64,000 nucleotides of DNA from Octopus vulgaris (lineage: Eukaryota), in contig OX597831.1 in assembly GCA_951406725.2 (NCBI GenBank), forward strand, positions 55,676,001 through 55,740,000. Direction: 5' to 3'. Made by a program: the position numbers and the translations under genes. This document shows positions 37,076 through 51,975 of this stretch, piece by piece (positions within the stretch are counted from its first letter, which is position 1; every line of letters starts with the position of its first letter). The notes beneath the pieces were generated by a model, which was given only the letters and a program-made list of their open reading frames with translations, was not told the origin of the DNA and did not search any database.

Positions 37076-38287
37076 TTATATATATATGTATATATGCATA
37101 TATAAGTAATGTTTATCGCCACCTCAATATGGCTGTTCCATAGGAATCGACGTTACTACTGTTTTTAATCCGGAACCACGTTTTTAACCACTTTCATCTC
37201 TTACAGATATTTTCTAACTAGCTGCTTTGCTTATTTATATATGTATATATTTGAACGGTCGACACTTCCTCTCATTTTCAGTGTCTTCTTCATATTTCTG
37301 AAGGGAAAGTTAAAATAAACAAGAAACAAATAAAAAAAACAAAAAAAACATTCCTGTTCTTATTCGATGAAGTCTGAGTGTATTTTGAAGGAAGCACAAC
37401 CAACCTCATAATGAGGAAGGAATGCAATGTAAGCTAAATTTACACCAACGCGACATTTGTGCTACATTCATAGATACATTCATGCATACATCCTCACGAA
37501 TTTGCATACGCGCAAATGAAAGAGTACGTCTGAGTACTCTAGTTAATATATGTATGTTTGTTGATCATAGTTTGTTTCTCTGTCAGTCTGCCTGTCTCTT
37601 TCTCTCCCTCCCTCTCTCTCCCTCTCTCTCTCTCTCTCTGTTCCTCTCCCCTTTGAGTGTGTTTGTATTTGTATCCTCACACACACATGCAAGTACACAC
37701 GCATAGATCAAAGGGACGACACGTCTAAAGAAACATATATGTACGCAGGTAACACAACACAATAAATTCTACAGGACATCCTTGATCAGCTCAGCCAGGA
37801 AAACCGTTCCTAAACGTCTTTTTCTTCTTCTCTGCTGTAATCAAGCAAGCAGCCATTCTAGCAGAGAGAGGTGGAGAGAAAGAAAGAAAGAAAGAAGGAA
37901 AGAGAGAGAGAGGGAGAATGAAAGAGTGGGGGGAAATAAAAATAACTTCTCGCGTGTAAATCACTCACAGCACCATACATGTCCTTGATGAAGGCTAGTG
38001 CGTAGTAACTGTATACCTTAGCATTGTGGGGGTAGGTATACACTGCCCTACAGCACACAATCATTAGTGCCAGTTGATGGCAAGTAAGCGTGATGATAGA
38101 CGGCTGGAGGGCAGAAATACATGACGTAGTACCGGAGACGGAGGAGAAGGTGGGGGTGAGATGGGACGGGGGGGGGGATAAAGATGAACAGGAGGAGGAG
38201 GGAGAGGAGATGAGCATAAGGTGGAAGGCAGCAGTAAAGTCAGTATGTCAGAGAATCTCGTCAATGACTACTAGGGCCTTATGCTAA

Positions 38288-38617
38288 ATGTATGTATGTA
38301 TGTATGTATGTATGTATGTATGTATGTATGTATGTATGTATGTATGTATGTATGTATCTATGCATGTATGTATGTATGTATTATGTATGTATGCATGTAT
38401 GTATTATGTATGTATGTATTATGTATGTATGTTGTATGTATGTATGTATGTATGTGTGTGTGTGTGTATGTATGTGTGTGTATAATGCATGTATGCATGT
38501 AACTATGTAAGCAAGTATGAATATGTATATATCTACCGTATGTCTACCTGTATGTATGCATATATGTAAGCATGCATATATGTATACACACACACACGCA
38601 CGCACACACGCACACAC

Positions 38618-38679
<62 letters not shown>

Positions 38680-38756
38680 CATACATACACACACATACAT
38701 ACATACATACATACATATGCATGCATACATACATGTATGTATACACAATCATACAC

Positions 38757-38805
<49 letters not shown>

Positions 38806-38914
38806 TGAATGGATGCATGTAAATGTGCATACATATATGTATGGATGTATGCATGTATGATGCATGTACACACGTACACACATACACACATATATATATA
38901 TACATATGTATACA

Positions 38915-38952
<38 letters not shown>

Positions 38953-39121
38953 TATATGTATGTGTGTGTGTATACATACATGTATGCATGTATGCATATA
39001 TGTAAGCATGCATATATGTATACACACACACATATAGTATACATACACACACATACATACATATACACATACAGACATACATACATACATATGCATGCAT
39101 ACATACATGTATGTATATACA

Positions 39122-39155
<34 letters not shown>

Positions 39156-39190
39156 TGAATGCATGTATATATGCATGTATGTATGTATAT

Positions 39191-39242
<52 letters not shown>

Positions 39243-39299
39243 ATGTATACATATATGTATGTATACATATATGTATGCATGTATACATATGTATGTATG

Positions 39300-39331
<32 letters not shown>

Positions 39332-39341
39332 TGTATGTATG

Positions 39342-39372
<31 letters not shown>

Positions 39373-39402
39373 GTATGTATGTATGTAAGTATGTGTGTAT
39401 AT
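38288..39402. repeat. 1.1 kb compound alternating purine-pyrimidine microsatellite (TATG/CATA/TA/CA)
   Basis: Seen directly. Other large tracts: (TTC)n 18490-18596, (CATC/CATA)n 22666-22925, (AAG)n 25690-25764, (TATG)n 26728-26870, (TA)(GATA)(GA) 29333-29592, (AAT)n/(ATT)n 50027-50173 and (GATA)n 50817-50947 and 51435-51660. Confidence 0.95.
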
Positions 39403-39659
39403 ATGCTATCTTTTTTCTTCTTGTCGTTTTATGGATAAGAAATTCGCTTCGCAACCACTTAATCATGTTATGTTAGCATTTGGCAGAAGTTTTGTTGGGA
39501 ATGCTTTTTTTCCTTTGTATCCTTGTGATGAAGCTAAAGTATGTACTTAACAGAACTATATTCTATATTTGTCCCAGAGCTGTCATAGTATTTTAGTTTA
39601 GCAACAACTTTAAACCGCACTGGAAACAGACTGAGAAATGCAAGTGCGCCTCCTCCTCC

Positions 39660-39965
39660 TCCCAGAGGAGGTCGCGGTAACATCACTCCTACAAGATACG
39701 TTCCAGGTCTCCAGAAATGGATAAAGAATCATCTTGGTTGATGTTACAGTACTCTGGGAGGACAGGGGCGGCAGTTCTCTCCAGCTAAAGAAAATCAAAT
39801 ACCAGGACTTGGTCAAGGAGGCACTTGTCAGGGGATAACACGTGGCCTCGTTCTTTATTGAAATCCAGCTAGATTGGTGTGCCATCAGCTGCAGACGATT
39901 GGTCTGGAACCAAGAGAACTGAAGAAAGCCACCAAGGACATGGGCACGGCAGCTGAAACCAGTTC
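39660..39965 (+). mobile_element. Decayed restriction-like endonuclease fragment of a HERO/R2-group retrotransposon
   Basis: RIILVDVTVLWEDR....QLKKIKYQDLVKEA...G....FFIEI resembles the ELTVPWE...K..KY..L motif. Confidence 0.55.
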
Positions 39966-39970
39966 AAGAT

Positions 39971-40386
39971 AGGCGCAGGAGTGGCTGTGTGGTAAGTAGC
40001 TTGTTTACCAACCACATGGTTCCGGGTTGAGTCCCACTGCGTGGCACCTTGGGCAAGTGTCTTCTACTATAGCCTCAGGCCGACCAAAGCCTTGTGAGTG
40101 GATTTGGTAGACGGAAATTGAAAGAAGCCTGTCGTATATATGTATATATATATGCGTGTGTTTGTTTGTGTGTCTGTCTGTGTTTATCCCCCTAGCATTG
40201 CTTGACAACCGATACTGGTGTGTTTATGTCCCCGTTACTTAGCGGTTCGGCAAAAGAGACCGATAAAATAAGTACTGGGCTTACAAAAGAATAAGTCCCG
40301 GGGTCGAGTTGCTCGATTAAAGGCGGTGCTCCAGCACGGCCGCAGTCAAATGACTGAAACAAGTAAAAGAGTAAAAGAGTAAAGAG
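39971..40386 (+). mobile_element. tRNA-derived SINE family B (CORE-like), representative full copy
   Basis: A-box TGGCTGTGTGG, B-box GGTT.AGTCCC, CCTTGGGCAAGT core, an internal microsatellite and a (GTAAAAGA)n tail. Other copies: 9205-9662(-), 14231-14657, 19945-20240(-), 21004-21380, 22945-23300(-), 24826-25237(-) and 60628-61195(-). Confidence 0.9.
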
Positions 40387-41829
40387 CATGGTTATGGTTT
40401 ATGTGAGGCTGCAAGTGGAACGTGTCCGCCGGCGAAGACTAATTCAGTCCTCGCTGCCCAACTCAGGAAAAGTGTACAGGCGAAGGGGTTAAACGCTTAT
40501 GACCCAGAGTTAACTGTTGACAGAACGGAAGGTCTTCCGTCACCCTGATAGATTTAAAAGAGCTTGCAGTACCTCTGAGTAGCTCCTGCAGTAATTTCTG
40601 CATGGAGCAAACCAATTTCCAATTTATAATTCATCAGTAATGTATTTTGAAGCAGAAATTACATAATCGACATTTTTTGGTCGCATCATGAGTATTTTAA
40701 GGGTTTCACTGACCCTTTCGCTCACTAGATAGTTTGTAGTTATCTCCGGTCACTGGACGGGGAAATCACAATCTTTAAAATAAATACCCACTTCGGTCAT
40801 GAATGACCATGAAATTGCACTTAGAGAAATTACCCCCCGATGCATAAGTCCGGGCAAGGTTGCTTGCAGAAGACCAGCTGTTGCCCATGCATACCAGCCT
40901 CCCCTCTTCACGCCACCAGTGTTATCCAAGGGAAAGGCAAAGGCTGATACAGCTTGGCACCAGTGACATCACAACTCATTTCTACAGCTGAGTGAACTGG
41001 AGCAGCGTGAAATAAAGTATCTTGCTCAAGAACCAATACACAGCTCGGTCTGGGAATCGAACTCACTACCTCGTGATTGTGATCCCGACGCTCTAACTAC
41101 TGAGCCATGCGCCTTCACCATATTTAATATCTGACGCCTTATAATAATCATGACTCGAAAATATTCTAGGCTTCAATTCAATGTCAGTATAATCTAAAAA
41201 GAAAGTATGACTATGCATATCAACTTATTTTTTGTGCAAAATATTCCACTTCCTGGTTTTGGATGAGGAGGTGCACTAGTTTAGCAATTCTGGGGTCATC
41301 GGAGAATGAATATTTCTTGAGTTGTTCACTACAGATCCGTAGGAGGCTGTACTTTTCCCATTTGATTATCTGGTTGCTGTATTTATTTTTAATACTGTTG
41401 TTTATCAGATGTTGTCTGGATAACAACATACGGCACTCGAAATCTGTCTGTCTGTTTGTCTGCCTCTCTATATGAATCTATGGATGTATGAATGTATTGA
41501 TGGAAGTATGCATACATCTATTCATGCACATATATATATATATATATATCACGTGATCACGTGACCGACCAGACCATCAGATGTTGTTACACATCGCTGG
41601 TCACAATGCGTTCGCATTGTTTTAGCCTTCAAATGACGCCACCCCGCTGGCTAAGCGAGCAGGCCAACAGAAGAAAGAGAGAAAGAGTGGTGAAAGAGTA
41701 CAGCAGGGTCACCCCCACCCTCTGCCGGAGCCTCGTGGAGCTTTTAGGTGTTTTCGCTCAATAAACACACAACGCCCGGTCTGGGAATCGAAACCGCGAT
41801 CCTACGGCCGCGAGTCCGCTGCCCTAACC

Positions 41830-41867
<38 letters not shown>

Positions 41868-41869
<2 letters not shown>

Positions 41870-42298
41870 TTATAAGTAAGGGCAAAAAAAAAAAATTCCA
41901 ATGCCAAAATATATCGAAAATAGACACAACGTCAATAACCATTATAATTCATCACTACAAGCACGCTTCTTCCATGGGTGTAAGTAAGTATTTCATTTAT
42001 TTCTTTACCGCATTTATCACTGATGAAGGGAAGGTTCTTATGAACTAACTCTGAAATCGGGTCCGATATGGTAATAACGGGATTTTTTAGAAATTTCTGT
42101 CGGCTTTCTTCGAAACGCGTGCTTGTAGTGATAAATTACATGGTTATTGACGTTATGTCTATTTTCGGCATATTTTGGCATTGGAAATTTTTTCTTTTGC
42201 CCTTACTTATAAATTGTTTATAAATTTATCCTTTAAAGGTATTTTTTAATATGCTGACCATTAATAGAATTTTTTTTCGAAAAAATTTTAATCCTATA
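41868..42298 (+). mobile_element. (TA)n-associated element with inverted 5' arm and hammerhead core (Penelope-like pLTR remnant)
   Basis: A ~100 bp inverted arm (41868-41966) is complementary to ~42117-42214. The element is highly similar to 1504-2000. Confidence 0.75.
42005..42074 (+). ncRNA. Type I hammerhead ribozyme motif
   Basis: UUACC..UAUCA-CUGAUGA-AGGG aag GUUC uuau GAAC uaa CUCU-GAAA ucgg GUC-CGAUA u GGUAA. The core is at 42020-42026. Confidence 0.7.
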
Positions 42299-42594
42299 CT
42301 AGCAGTATCGCCCGGCGTTGCTCGGGTTTGTAAGGGAAATAACTATATAAGCATTTTTAGAGAGTTATAGCCAAAAAATAGCAAAAAATGCATTAAAAAT
42401 GGAAAAAAAAATGATGGTAATTTTTTTTTAAATCGTAGACTCATCGTAGACGCGCGCTAATACCCAGAAGGGCTCGATATGAATCACGACTATAAGATAC
42501 CCGGTTTTGGTTAAACTGCACCGCAAAATGTGGGAGTAGTTAGGAATCTAAATCGTAGGAGACAGACACACAACCTTTCTTTTATATATAAAGA
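42299..42594 (-). mobile_element. Non-autonomous Helitron-type element (296 bp)
   Basis: On the minus strand it starts TC and ends with a GC-rich hairpin (CCCGAGCAACGCCGGG) then CTAG. It is inserted between A and T with no TSD. Confidence 0.75.
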
Positions 42595-43574
42595 TTATAT
42601 ATATATATATATATATACATGCATACATGTATGTATACATGGCTATGGAAATGCATGAATATATTTATGCATTTATGCTATTTTTCGTGCAATTTTAATG
42701 TTTAGATTGATCTGGATGAGTATATATACATACAGACATGTAGATATATTTACATGTACATACTAAGCTGCTCATTCATACACCGATCCAATATACTTAC
42801 ACGTAAACATATAGATTCATACATATATTATTGTTAGTAAAAATGTGCGAACACAAATTCATGCAATTCAATGTGGTAAATATAAATGATGCATTAAATG
42901 TGTGTTTCCCGCCTAACATGCATGGGTTTAGTCCTTGGTTGTGGCTCTGATCGTTGTGAGTATAACTGAAAAACAGTTGTTAGCTTGATAACAGTTTTGT
43001 ATATACATGCATACATGTATACATACATGTATGTATGTATATATATGCATGACGAGATATATACATGCGTACATGCATGTATGCATACTTCCATCAATAC
43101 ATAGGTTAATATAGAGAGGCAAACAAATAGACAGACTTCGAGTGCCGTATCTATTATGTACTTAATAATACCCCATATATAACGATGTGTATTTACGAGG
43201 TTTCATTAAGACACGTTATATATTGTGCTTTTACCTCTTCCTATTCAGGACTCAATGTACTGTTTTTATAGTTTTGTAAAAGATTTAAATAGAATGACAA
43301 TAGTATCAAACAGTGTGTAACAGATGACTATGGCATGATCAAAACAAAAAACGTGAGTTGAGGCGAAAGAAGCAGCAATGGAGTCGAGTATGCAACGTGG
43401 TTTCGACATCAATTTTATGACCTGCCTTTCCATTTATGTAGTTAATGCCTTCGGGAAAGAAATCCCAGTAATATATTCCTAATCTCATAAGGCAGTTTAC
43501 AAGATACGTTTGATTGGTCGAAAGAAGAGGCTACATATAGTGGAGGCTCTCGAGAAAGAGAGCTCTAGACTGAG

Positions 43575-43666
<92 letters not shown>

Positions 43667-45146
43667 ACGTTTATGTGTGTATGCATATATTTATGTATAT
43701 ATGTATATGCACATATTTTTGTATATATATATATGTACATGTATTCAGTGTTACAAATTCACAAAAATATTGAAATAAAGGAAATCAAAAAAAGTCGATG
43801 TAATAGTGAATATTATATTTATTAACCAGTTTGTTTAACACCAAAGTGAATGGAATCAAATATATTTTCCTGTATCCATACGCATTTTTAATTAAATTAT
43901 TGGAATATATTCATTGTTTCTAAATTTCTTTCTTCCAAATATGTACTGTGATGTCAGATCAGAGATGTTTCAGTTTTCAAAGCTTCGGAAATAAATAGAA
44001 ATAAAAGTCAAAATTAATCGAGGGCAGAAAGGATAAAATCTCTTTAAAACGTTTCGTTAAAAACAATTCATCTGTGCATTGGTCTGTGAGGACGACTGCT
44101 TTATTTCTGGCAAGATTATTGTTGGTTTAAAACACCGCAGCATTTAGCTCTTTCTAACGTCTATTTTCAACAACTCTATGTTTTGCCGAAAATAGTAATC
44201 GAGGGAAATATTGTCAAGGAACGAGAAATAGTAGGCTATCTTATTTTATCCTTTTAACATATCATATATTCTCTAAAGGTCATTCAATCTTTCATTCAAA
44301 TATCATTCAGTTCAGTTAGGTTTCTGTCATCAATGATTTGGCTGTGAATATTTTGGTGAACTCAGATTAATTTTCTGTTTGGCTTTGTTTTCCGTCTCGT
44401 TCTATAACTTTCATTGAATCAAACTTGACATATTTTATTGAATTAAGCTGAATATTTCCACTTTAGAACACATTGAAGGATCTCATTAGTAATCTTTGCA
44501 CTATTTATAAATTGGGAACGGTGTACACTTGCTGGAGAACGTTGTGAGTCCTTAACGTCATGGAAAAAATACACGGATAGTCAATTCCGGCTATGATACG
44601 GTTTAGTCGATACAGTTGGTTAATGTCTGTTGGAATCATGTCTTACTCTATTTTCTTTTTCTTTCTGGTCTCATGCATCAAAACTCTTCTCTTCAGCGTA
44701 ATATTTCCCTTGTCTTCAAGTCTTCTCAATGATTTAACATGGACTTGACCTGAAATTTTCTGTTTGCATGTAAATTTGATTAATTGAAGATGACAATTTT
44801 TGGTTTGGCAGGATATTTGCTATTTATCTGGCCGCTTTTAAGAAAAAGTAATTTACTGTTTGTTCATTTTCAAAATTATATATATATATATGTTGTTCAA
44901 ACGATGAATAGTTTGCGTAAATCATTGGTTCGTTTTGTTCTCTTACTTTATTATCATCTTATAATCATCTCATAATAATGACTTTTATGACTCGTATTAC
45001 TACCTCAGTCAATCTAAATATATATATTTGTCGTTACCTGTCATAAATAGCCTTTTTCTATTTGCAATATCCATTTTCATTGATTTTTCATATTTTACCC
45101 TTACGTTTCCACATGTATTTTATATTTTCTTTTCGTAACATATTTC

Positions 45147-45224
<78 letters not shown>

Positions 45225-45322
45225 GGAGAGTTTACGAAAAAAAAAACAAAAACAAAAGACGAAGACAGGTGGTGTACAAAACAAACAGATATATTAATAT
45301 AACGCTCAGGAATAGAAAAAGT

Positions 45323-45358
45323 CTTTTACGTTTCGAGCCTACGCTCTTCTACAGAAAG
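45323..45358 (-). ncRNA. Minimal hammerhead-like motif (A6U core)
   Basis: Minus strand CUUU-CUGUAGA-a-GAGC guag GCUC-GAAAC GUA-AAAG. The element (~45222-45428) lies between two long (TA)n tracts. Confidence 0.55.
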
Positions 45359-45425
45359 GGACACAGAAAAAACAAGGAGAGAAAGGAGAGAAAAAATGTG
45401 TAGTGGCTAACGATCTATCATGGCA

Positions 45426-45477
<52 letters not shown>

Positions 45478-47175
45478 CTATGTATAATACGCTACATGTA
45501 CCAGGTATACAATATATAGCAGTATATAACGCGTATCTCGATTTGGGGACCTAATTTTTTTTTAAAACCCATTACACCATGTATAGATGTACTATAATCC
45601 AGTTTATTAGTTTTAATATATTAGTTTTGACCGTATATGATTTCTTAAATAGGCACATGTCCAGAAACTTTGATGGGAGAAAACTGTCGATTATATCAAC
45701 CTCAATATTTGATAGGAATTAATCTATATTAACACTTAAATTACCTATAAGCATGCATTATGTCCAATAAGTGAAAAAGTTTATTTTTTGATACGCTTAC
45801 CGCATATTGTCCATGTGAGCAAATTTTGTTTTTAATAAACGTGGATGAGACAAAAACTGCAAAGTAATACCTTCTAGTATAGGCACCTTTAATTTTGATG
45901 GAAAAATTGCTTATTATTCTGGGATTATTTATTCCACAATTTAAACAAAAATGAGCTAAGAGACATTGCTCAAAGTGGTTAGTGGCATAGACAACATAGA
46001 CAAATACAGGTATATCAAAAACCATATAACATAAATTCTCGATTTATTCATCTCAAGAGTATTAATTACCAAATGGTAATTAAGACCAGCTCCACCTGAG
46101 AAGGGGAGATAATCTCAAGAAACAAGAATTTCTCCAAAACTAACATGCCTTTATGGAAAACGATCGGCTTATTGTTAGGAAATAAGAAAAAAGTCGTGGA
46201 CATGTGTTGTTGGTTTAATAGCCATCATCAGTACGATAACCTTATCTCCAGCAGTCAAGGGACGGAGATAATTTTGATAAATCAAAATTTATGTTGTAAA
46301 GTATAGAAGCCATCTTATCATGGCTAACCACATTGGGGATGGGGTGTTACTGTAGCTTTATAGCCCCAAGAGATCTTCGTCTCTAGCTGGCTTTACACAC
46401 AATATCTGTGTCCTTGGAGTATTTGCAAAGGGAGGCCATCCCTTCCTCGCAAGCCTGAGTGATACGCTCGAACTAGTTTCGGGATTGTTGTCCCTCGTCA
46501 ACGGGCGGTAACCACCAGGTAGCGATGAAAGTGAAGGCTCCTTTGCAAATATATATAAGTTTTTCTAATGGCGTCTGCCACTGATGTCGAAAAACGAACA
46601 GTAAGCATAATTAAATCTCAGAATGAGATTGAAACAGTAATCGCTCGATAATGTATTAATATACATGTATTTGTTTATGCTGTTCAAATACATCCCACCG
46701 GCCGTTCTGAGTTATTTCTCTTAGTTCATTTTTGTTTAAATCATGCAAATTATCCTGACCTTAATGTATTCCACCCTTTTTTGCACGGGCCTTATATCCT
46801 TTGGATACTGGAGAAAAAAGTTGGTGATTATTGTGCAGATGACAAATATTGAGACAGAAATACATGCTCATAAGTATCCTCTTATCTCCAGAAAAAAAAA
46901 AAACACCTCCTTTTCCGCAATGGCATATCAGTTTTGAAGAATTCTTGATTCATCTGATTATTTTCCCTTCTCAGGTGGAGCTAGTCATAATTACCGTTTG
47001 GTAATTATGATGCATCCTCTAGAGTTTGATGGAGATAATTTTAATAAATCAAGAACTTATTTTGTATCGTATTTGATATACCGGTATTGGTTTATTTATT
47101 CCATCACAAATTGGGAAAAGTTATGCCCCTTCGTTTTAAGCCCTATGTTCCAAAGTGAACTATATGCAAATACAT

Positions 47176-47270
<95 letters not shown>

Positions 47271-47272
<2 letters not shown>

Positions 47273-47635
47273 CACTTGCAAACAAATGTGGTAACATATA
47301 ACAATATTGACCGAGGTTACCGTGGTCTTTTTCGTAGGCTTTTCTTCCCACGGATAAACCTTATCTGCTTCCCCCTTTACATCGTACATCATGACACTGT
47401 GATACACGATCCCTATTGATCGTTTTTTTCCCTCTTCCCTTTTCTTCCTCTTTTTTCTTCTTTTTTCCTTTTTTTTTCTTTTGTTTCTTTTCCTTTTTTC
47501 CCCTTTTTTTTCCCTTTTACGATCCCTTTTGATGGAAAACCTACGCCCCTTTTTTTTTTCATCCCTCAAAACAAAAGCTCTACCTTGTAATTTGTCCCAT
47601 CTGTGTGCAGCCCTGTGTGGCCAATAAAGAAACTT

Positions 47636-47636
<1 letters not shown>
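47271..47636 (+). mobile_element. 5'-truncated copy of the same Tx1-like LINE (3' UTR) inside (TATC)n
   Basis: Highly similar to 4200-4610, with (TATC)n on both sides. Confidence 0.8.
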
Positions 47637-47726
<90 letters not shown>

Positions 47727-48667
47727 CCCTCCTCCTTTTCCCCTATAACTGACTTATTTGCTTAAAGAATACGATCCCGAGGTAGTGAAACTAGTAATTC
47801 ACTACCAATATTCAGGTGTTCTTTGTGCGTGTGGCGGGGGTGGGGTAGTTTAGTGTGTGTGTGTGTGTGTGAGTGTGTGTTATATGTGTGTATGCATCTG
47901 CGTTTATATGTAAGGAGTATACTAACACACATACATACCAAAGAACCTACATACAGAAGAGTATAGGCGTTGTCTAATCGCAATTCCGTCCTGATTGGGT
48001 AGACTCAATAAAAACTTTTGAAACCATGACAATCACCTTCTAGTTTTTCAGGATTAGTAATAAAATATGACAACCTACTTCGTCCAACATGTCCATTCCG
48101 TTTTCCTTTCCTTTCTTTTCTTTCTTTCTTTCTTTTATTTTTTTTGGACAAAAGGGGTTGTAATTAAAGAGTGATTAAGATTACGTGCTGACATTCACAT
48201 TTTCTACAAGGATTTTTGTGGCCCGAGTGCAATGAATTGAATTGTACACAATATAGAGCAGAAACCGAGGTCTGCATCGGTTCACAGAGAGACCTTAACG
48301 CCATTATGATGACATCTTTGATGTTATGATAATTGATCATGACTTGCTGAAGAGCTAAGCGACCTCAATGAAGTGACATGGTCCCCAGTCAGGAATTATT
48401 GAAGAGTTGGCTTACATCTGCTATACAACGGCAAACATGTCTTCTTACCCATCCATCCATCCACCCCGCTCACTATTCCGGGAGTAAGTCATTAGACTGG
48501 GGTCCCCAGGCACCTCTTTCATAGGGCTGTATCAGAAGCAGCCACCATTACACATTCTGGTTGGTTTCTCAAGCGTGACCAACTGAGGCTATCGATATTT
48601 TCTAGCTATCTCATTCTTGGTCTGCCTCTAGGTCTCCTGCCGGTTGAATAGGCTTGAAGAATCTGTC

Positions 48668-49032
48668 TTGAGAGGCGGTTGGATGGAACCCACACTCGCC
48701 TCCTTATGAGAGCTCAAAATCTCTCGTGGAAGCGCCATCCAACCAAAATGTAAATATATGGGAAACTACCACCTGTGTCATCTCTTGTGAAAGGTAGGAG
48801 AGTCCAGTTTGCTGGAGATTGTTGTAGAGCTGAAAACGAGGCAATTTCTACTCTTCTCCCCTGGAAGCCATCTTCTCACAATACCAGAGGGCGCACACTC
48901 TCCCACCCTGATGTAATCTCCAGGGATACAGGCATCCAGCAACAGGGCCTCCGTAATGCTATGATGGACCGTGAAGTCTGGCGTAGCATGGTAAATTCCA
49001 TTGTCTCGACCACAGTCAAACAATGATGATGA
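48668..49032 (+). mobile_element. RTE-clade LINE 3' end
   Basis: TRLLMRAQNLSWKRHPT...RRVQFAG.C.R...MMDREVWRSMV with a (GAT)n tail. Confidence 0.75.
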
Positions 49033-49794
49033 CTCTTGTGAGTCTTTCCCTCGACATTCTGACCACATGTTCGTAGCGTCGGAGCTGTAACCTCTCAATT
49101 TAGGATGCTTTGTAAGAATTGATTTCAGTACTTGTATGGTGCTCTATATTATCGAACCCGGAAGGTATGAAAGGCAAAGTTGACCACGACAAGATCTGAA
49201 CTCAGAACGTGAAAAAGTCGCACGTAAATACTACTGGCATTGTGGCCAACATGCCAATGCAATGTTTCTCAACCGTTTTTTTTACCTATGGAAGTCTTTG
49301 ATTCTTTATTTTCTTTTTATTCTAGAAGACCCTTATTCGATCACATTCGACGTTTAAAAAGTAGTTTTTAAAGACTTATTTCAAAATTCCTATTTGCTAA
49401 TTTATCACTACGCTAATGATAATGAACATGATATTTTCCTAATTACAAATACAAATAAGAAAAAGTGCTAGTGAAGCAATTAAATTATGAGACCGCCAAG
49501 ATTTTCTCAAGATATGAACAATACAAATAAAATCTTCGACAAGATACGAAAGCGGATCAGTAAAATATAAAGATTTACAACAAAATCGCTAAACTCTCGA
49601 TACAGAAATAACACCAATTATTCCTCAATATTTCTTGCACGCGCGCGCACACGTGTGAGTGTGTGTACATATATACATACATATATACATACATACATAC
49701 ATACACACACACATACAATTATTTAGACTTACCTATATATGTATAAATTTGTATATATGTGCACACACACACATGTATGTATGTATATATGTAA

Positions 49795-49861
<67 letters not shown>

Positions 49862-50026
49862 TTATATCTTTTAAATTCGTTTACGGGAAACGTTTCGATT
49901 ATGCATACAAAAGCTCCTATTCTATTATGCCGGCTATAGCCTAATGATGCCAGCTGGCGATACCAGATTTTTGTGGTCACAACAAGCTGTGCCAATACAA
50001 TGAGGATAAATACAGTAATAACAATG

Positions 50027-50211
<185 letters not shown>

Positions 50212-50311
50212 TGTGTATATATGAATATATATATATATCTATATATCGCTTACCTCTGATGAGTGTAGGGTTACATAAAAAGGATTTTACTTAACACTCC
50301 ATTGAATTCCT

Positions 50312-50366
<55 letters not shown>

Positions 50367-50372
50367 AAGTGT

Positions 50373-50414
<42 letters not shown>

Positions 50415-50768
50415 GACGGATTCTCCCGTCGTTAGGCGACGTATGAGGGTTCGACAATTTCTTAGTGAACAGCCACACAGATGATTTTTTCATAGTGATC
50501 AAATGTTTGTGTAGATATAAGTTCACTCCCTCCATCAGATCGACATTACCTGTACAGGTACAACGGGTACCACACGTAAGATGTCGTAATGATCGCAGAG
50601 CAACGTGAAATGGAGTGCTTGGCTCAAGAACACAACGCAACTCCCGGTCCGGGAATCGAACCCGCGATCTCGCAATCGTGAGTGCAATGCCTTAACCACT
50701 AAGCCGTGCGCCTTCACGTACTTACATACATGTTTGTATGTATGTGACTTGAGGGTGTATAACAAAGA

Positions 50769-50809
<41 letters not shown>

Positions 50810-50816
50810 GACAGAC

Positions 50817-50949
<133 letters not shown>

Positions 50950-51143
50950 TCGTCACTGAAGGGAAGAATACTCAGTAAAAAGATAGCCGTGTTTATAGTG
51001 TTGCTTTTAAATGCGAAACCCCGATCTTCAACCACCAGTTTCGAGATTCCGAGGAACGAAAGAACAAAATGTGTGGTCGTGATTCGAGAAGTTTCCTTCA
51101 AAACGCAAAACTACATATAAACGCGCGCGTGCGCATGTGTATA

Positions 51144-51207
<64 letters not shown>

Positions 51208-51297
51208 CATACATATGTTTATATATATATACATATATGTATATGCATATAAATATATGTACTCATACACTCACACACACATATATACGTGTACATG

Positions 51298-51352
<55 letters not shown>

Positions 51353-51387
51353 ATACATATACATACATATATACATAAATACATACA

Positions 51388-51418
<31 letters not shown>

Positions 51419-51450
51419 GTATATACATACATACAGATAGATAGATATAT

Positions 51451-51660
<210 letters not shown>

Positions 51661-51913
51661 GTATTTTTATGTTGTCACGCATTATATTCCTGGTTATGGC
51701 TTATAACCGGTCTGAAAGTTATCATTAGTTATACGTCTTCTACTGCGCCTGGAAATAGTCGACGTGAAGCCGATGATGCCTTTCTGACCAGCTGTAGGCC
51801 ATAACCCGTAATATAGGAATATACTACGACGCAACGACATAAAAGTTCTAACCGCTCAAATTTTCTTTTGCGGTGTGCCTTTTTTTTTCTTTCTTACGGA
51901 CAACTGACCTTTA

Positions 51914-51975
<62 letters not shown>

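Noticed and set aside
38288-39476. Long ORFs (up to 361 aa) rich in [12 protein letters not shown]
   Set aside because: They are translations of stop-free microsatellites. The same applies to ORFs at 4514-4925, 18323-18685, 22491-23562, 26582-27150, 49659-51682 and 53077-55967.
44647-44749. Possible minus-strand exon (TTCAG|...|GTAAG, 103 nt)
   Set aside because: No recognisable protein similarity, no partner exons and a weak polypyrimidine tract. It cannot be supported without transcript data.
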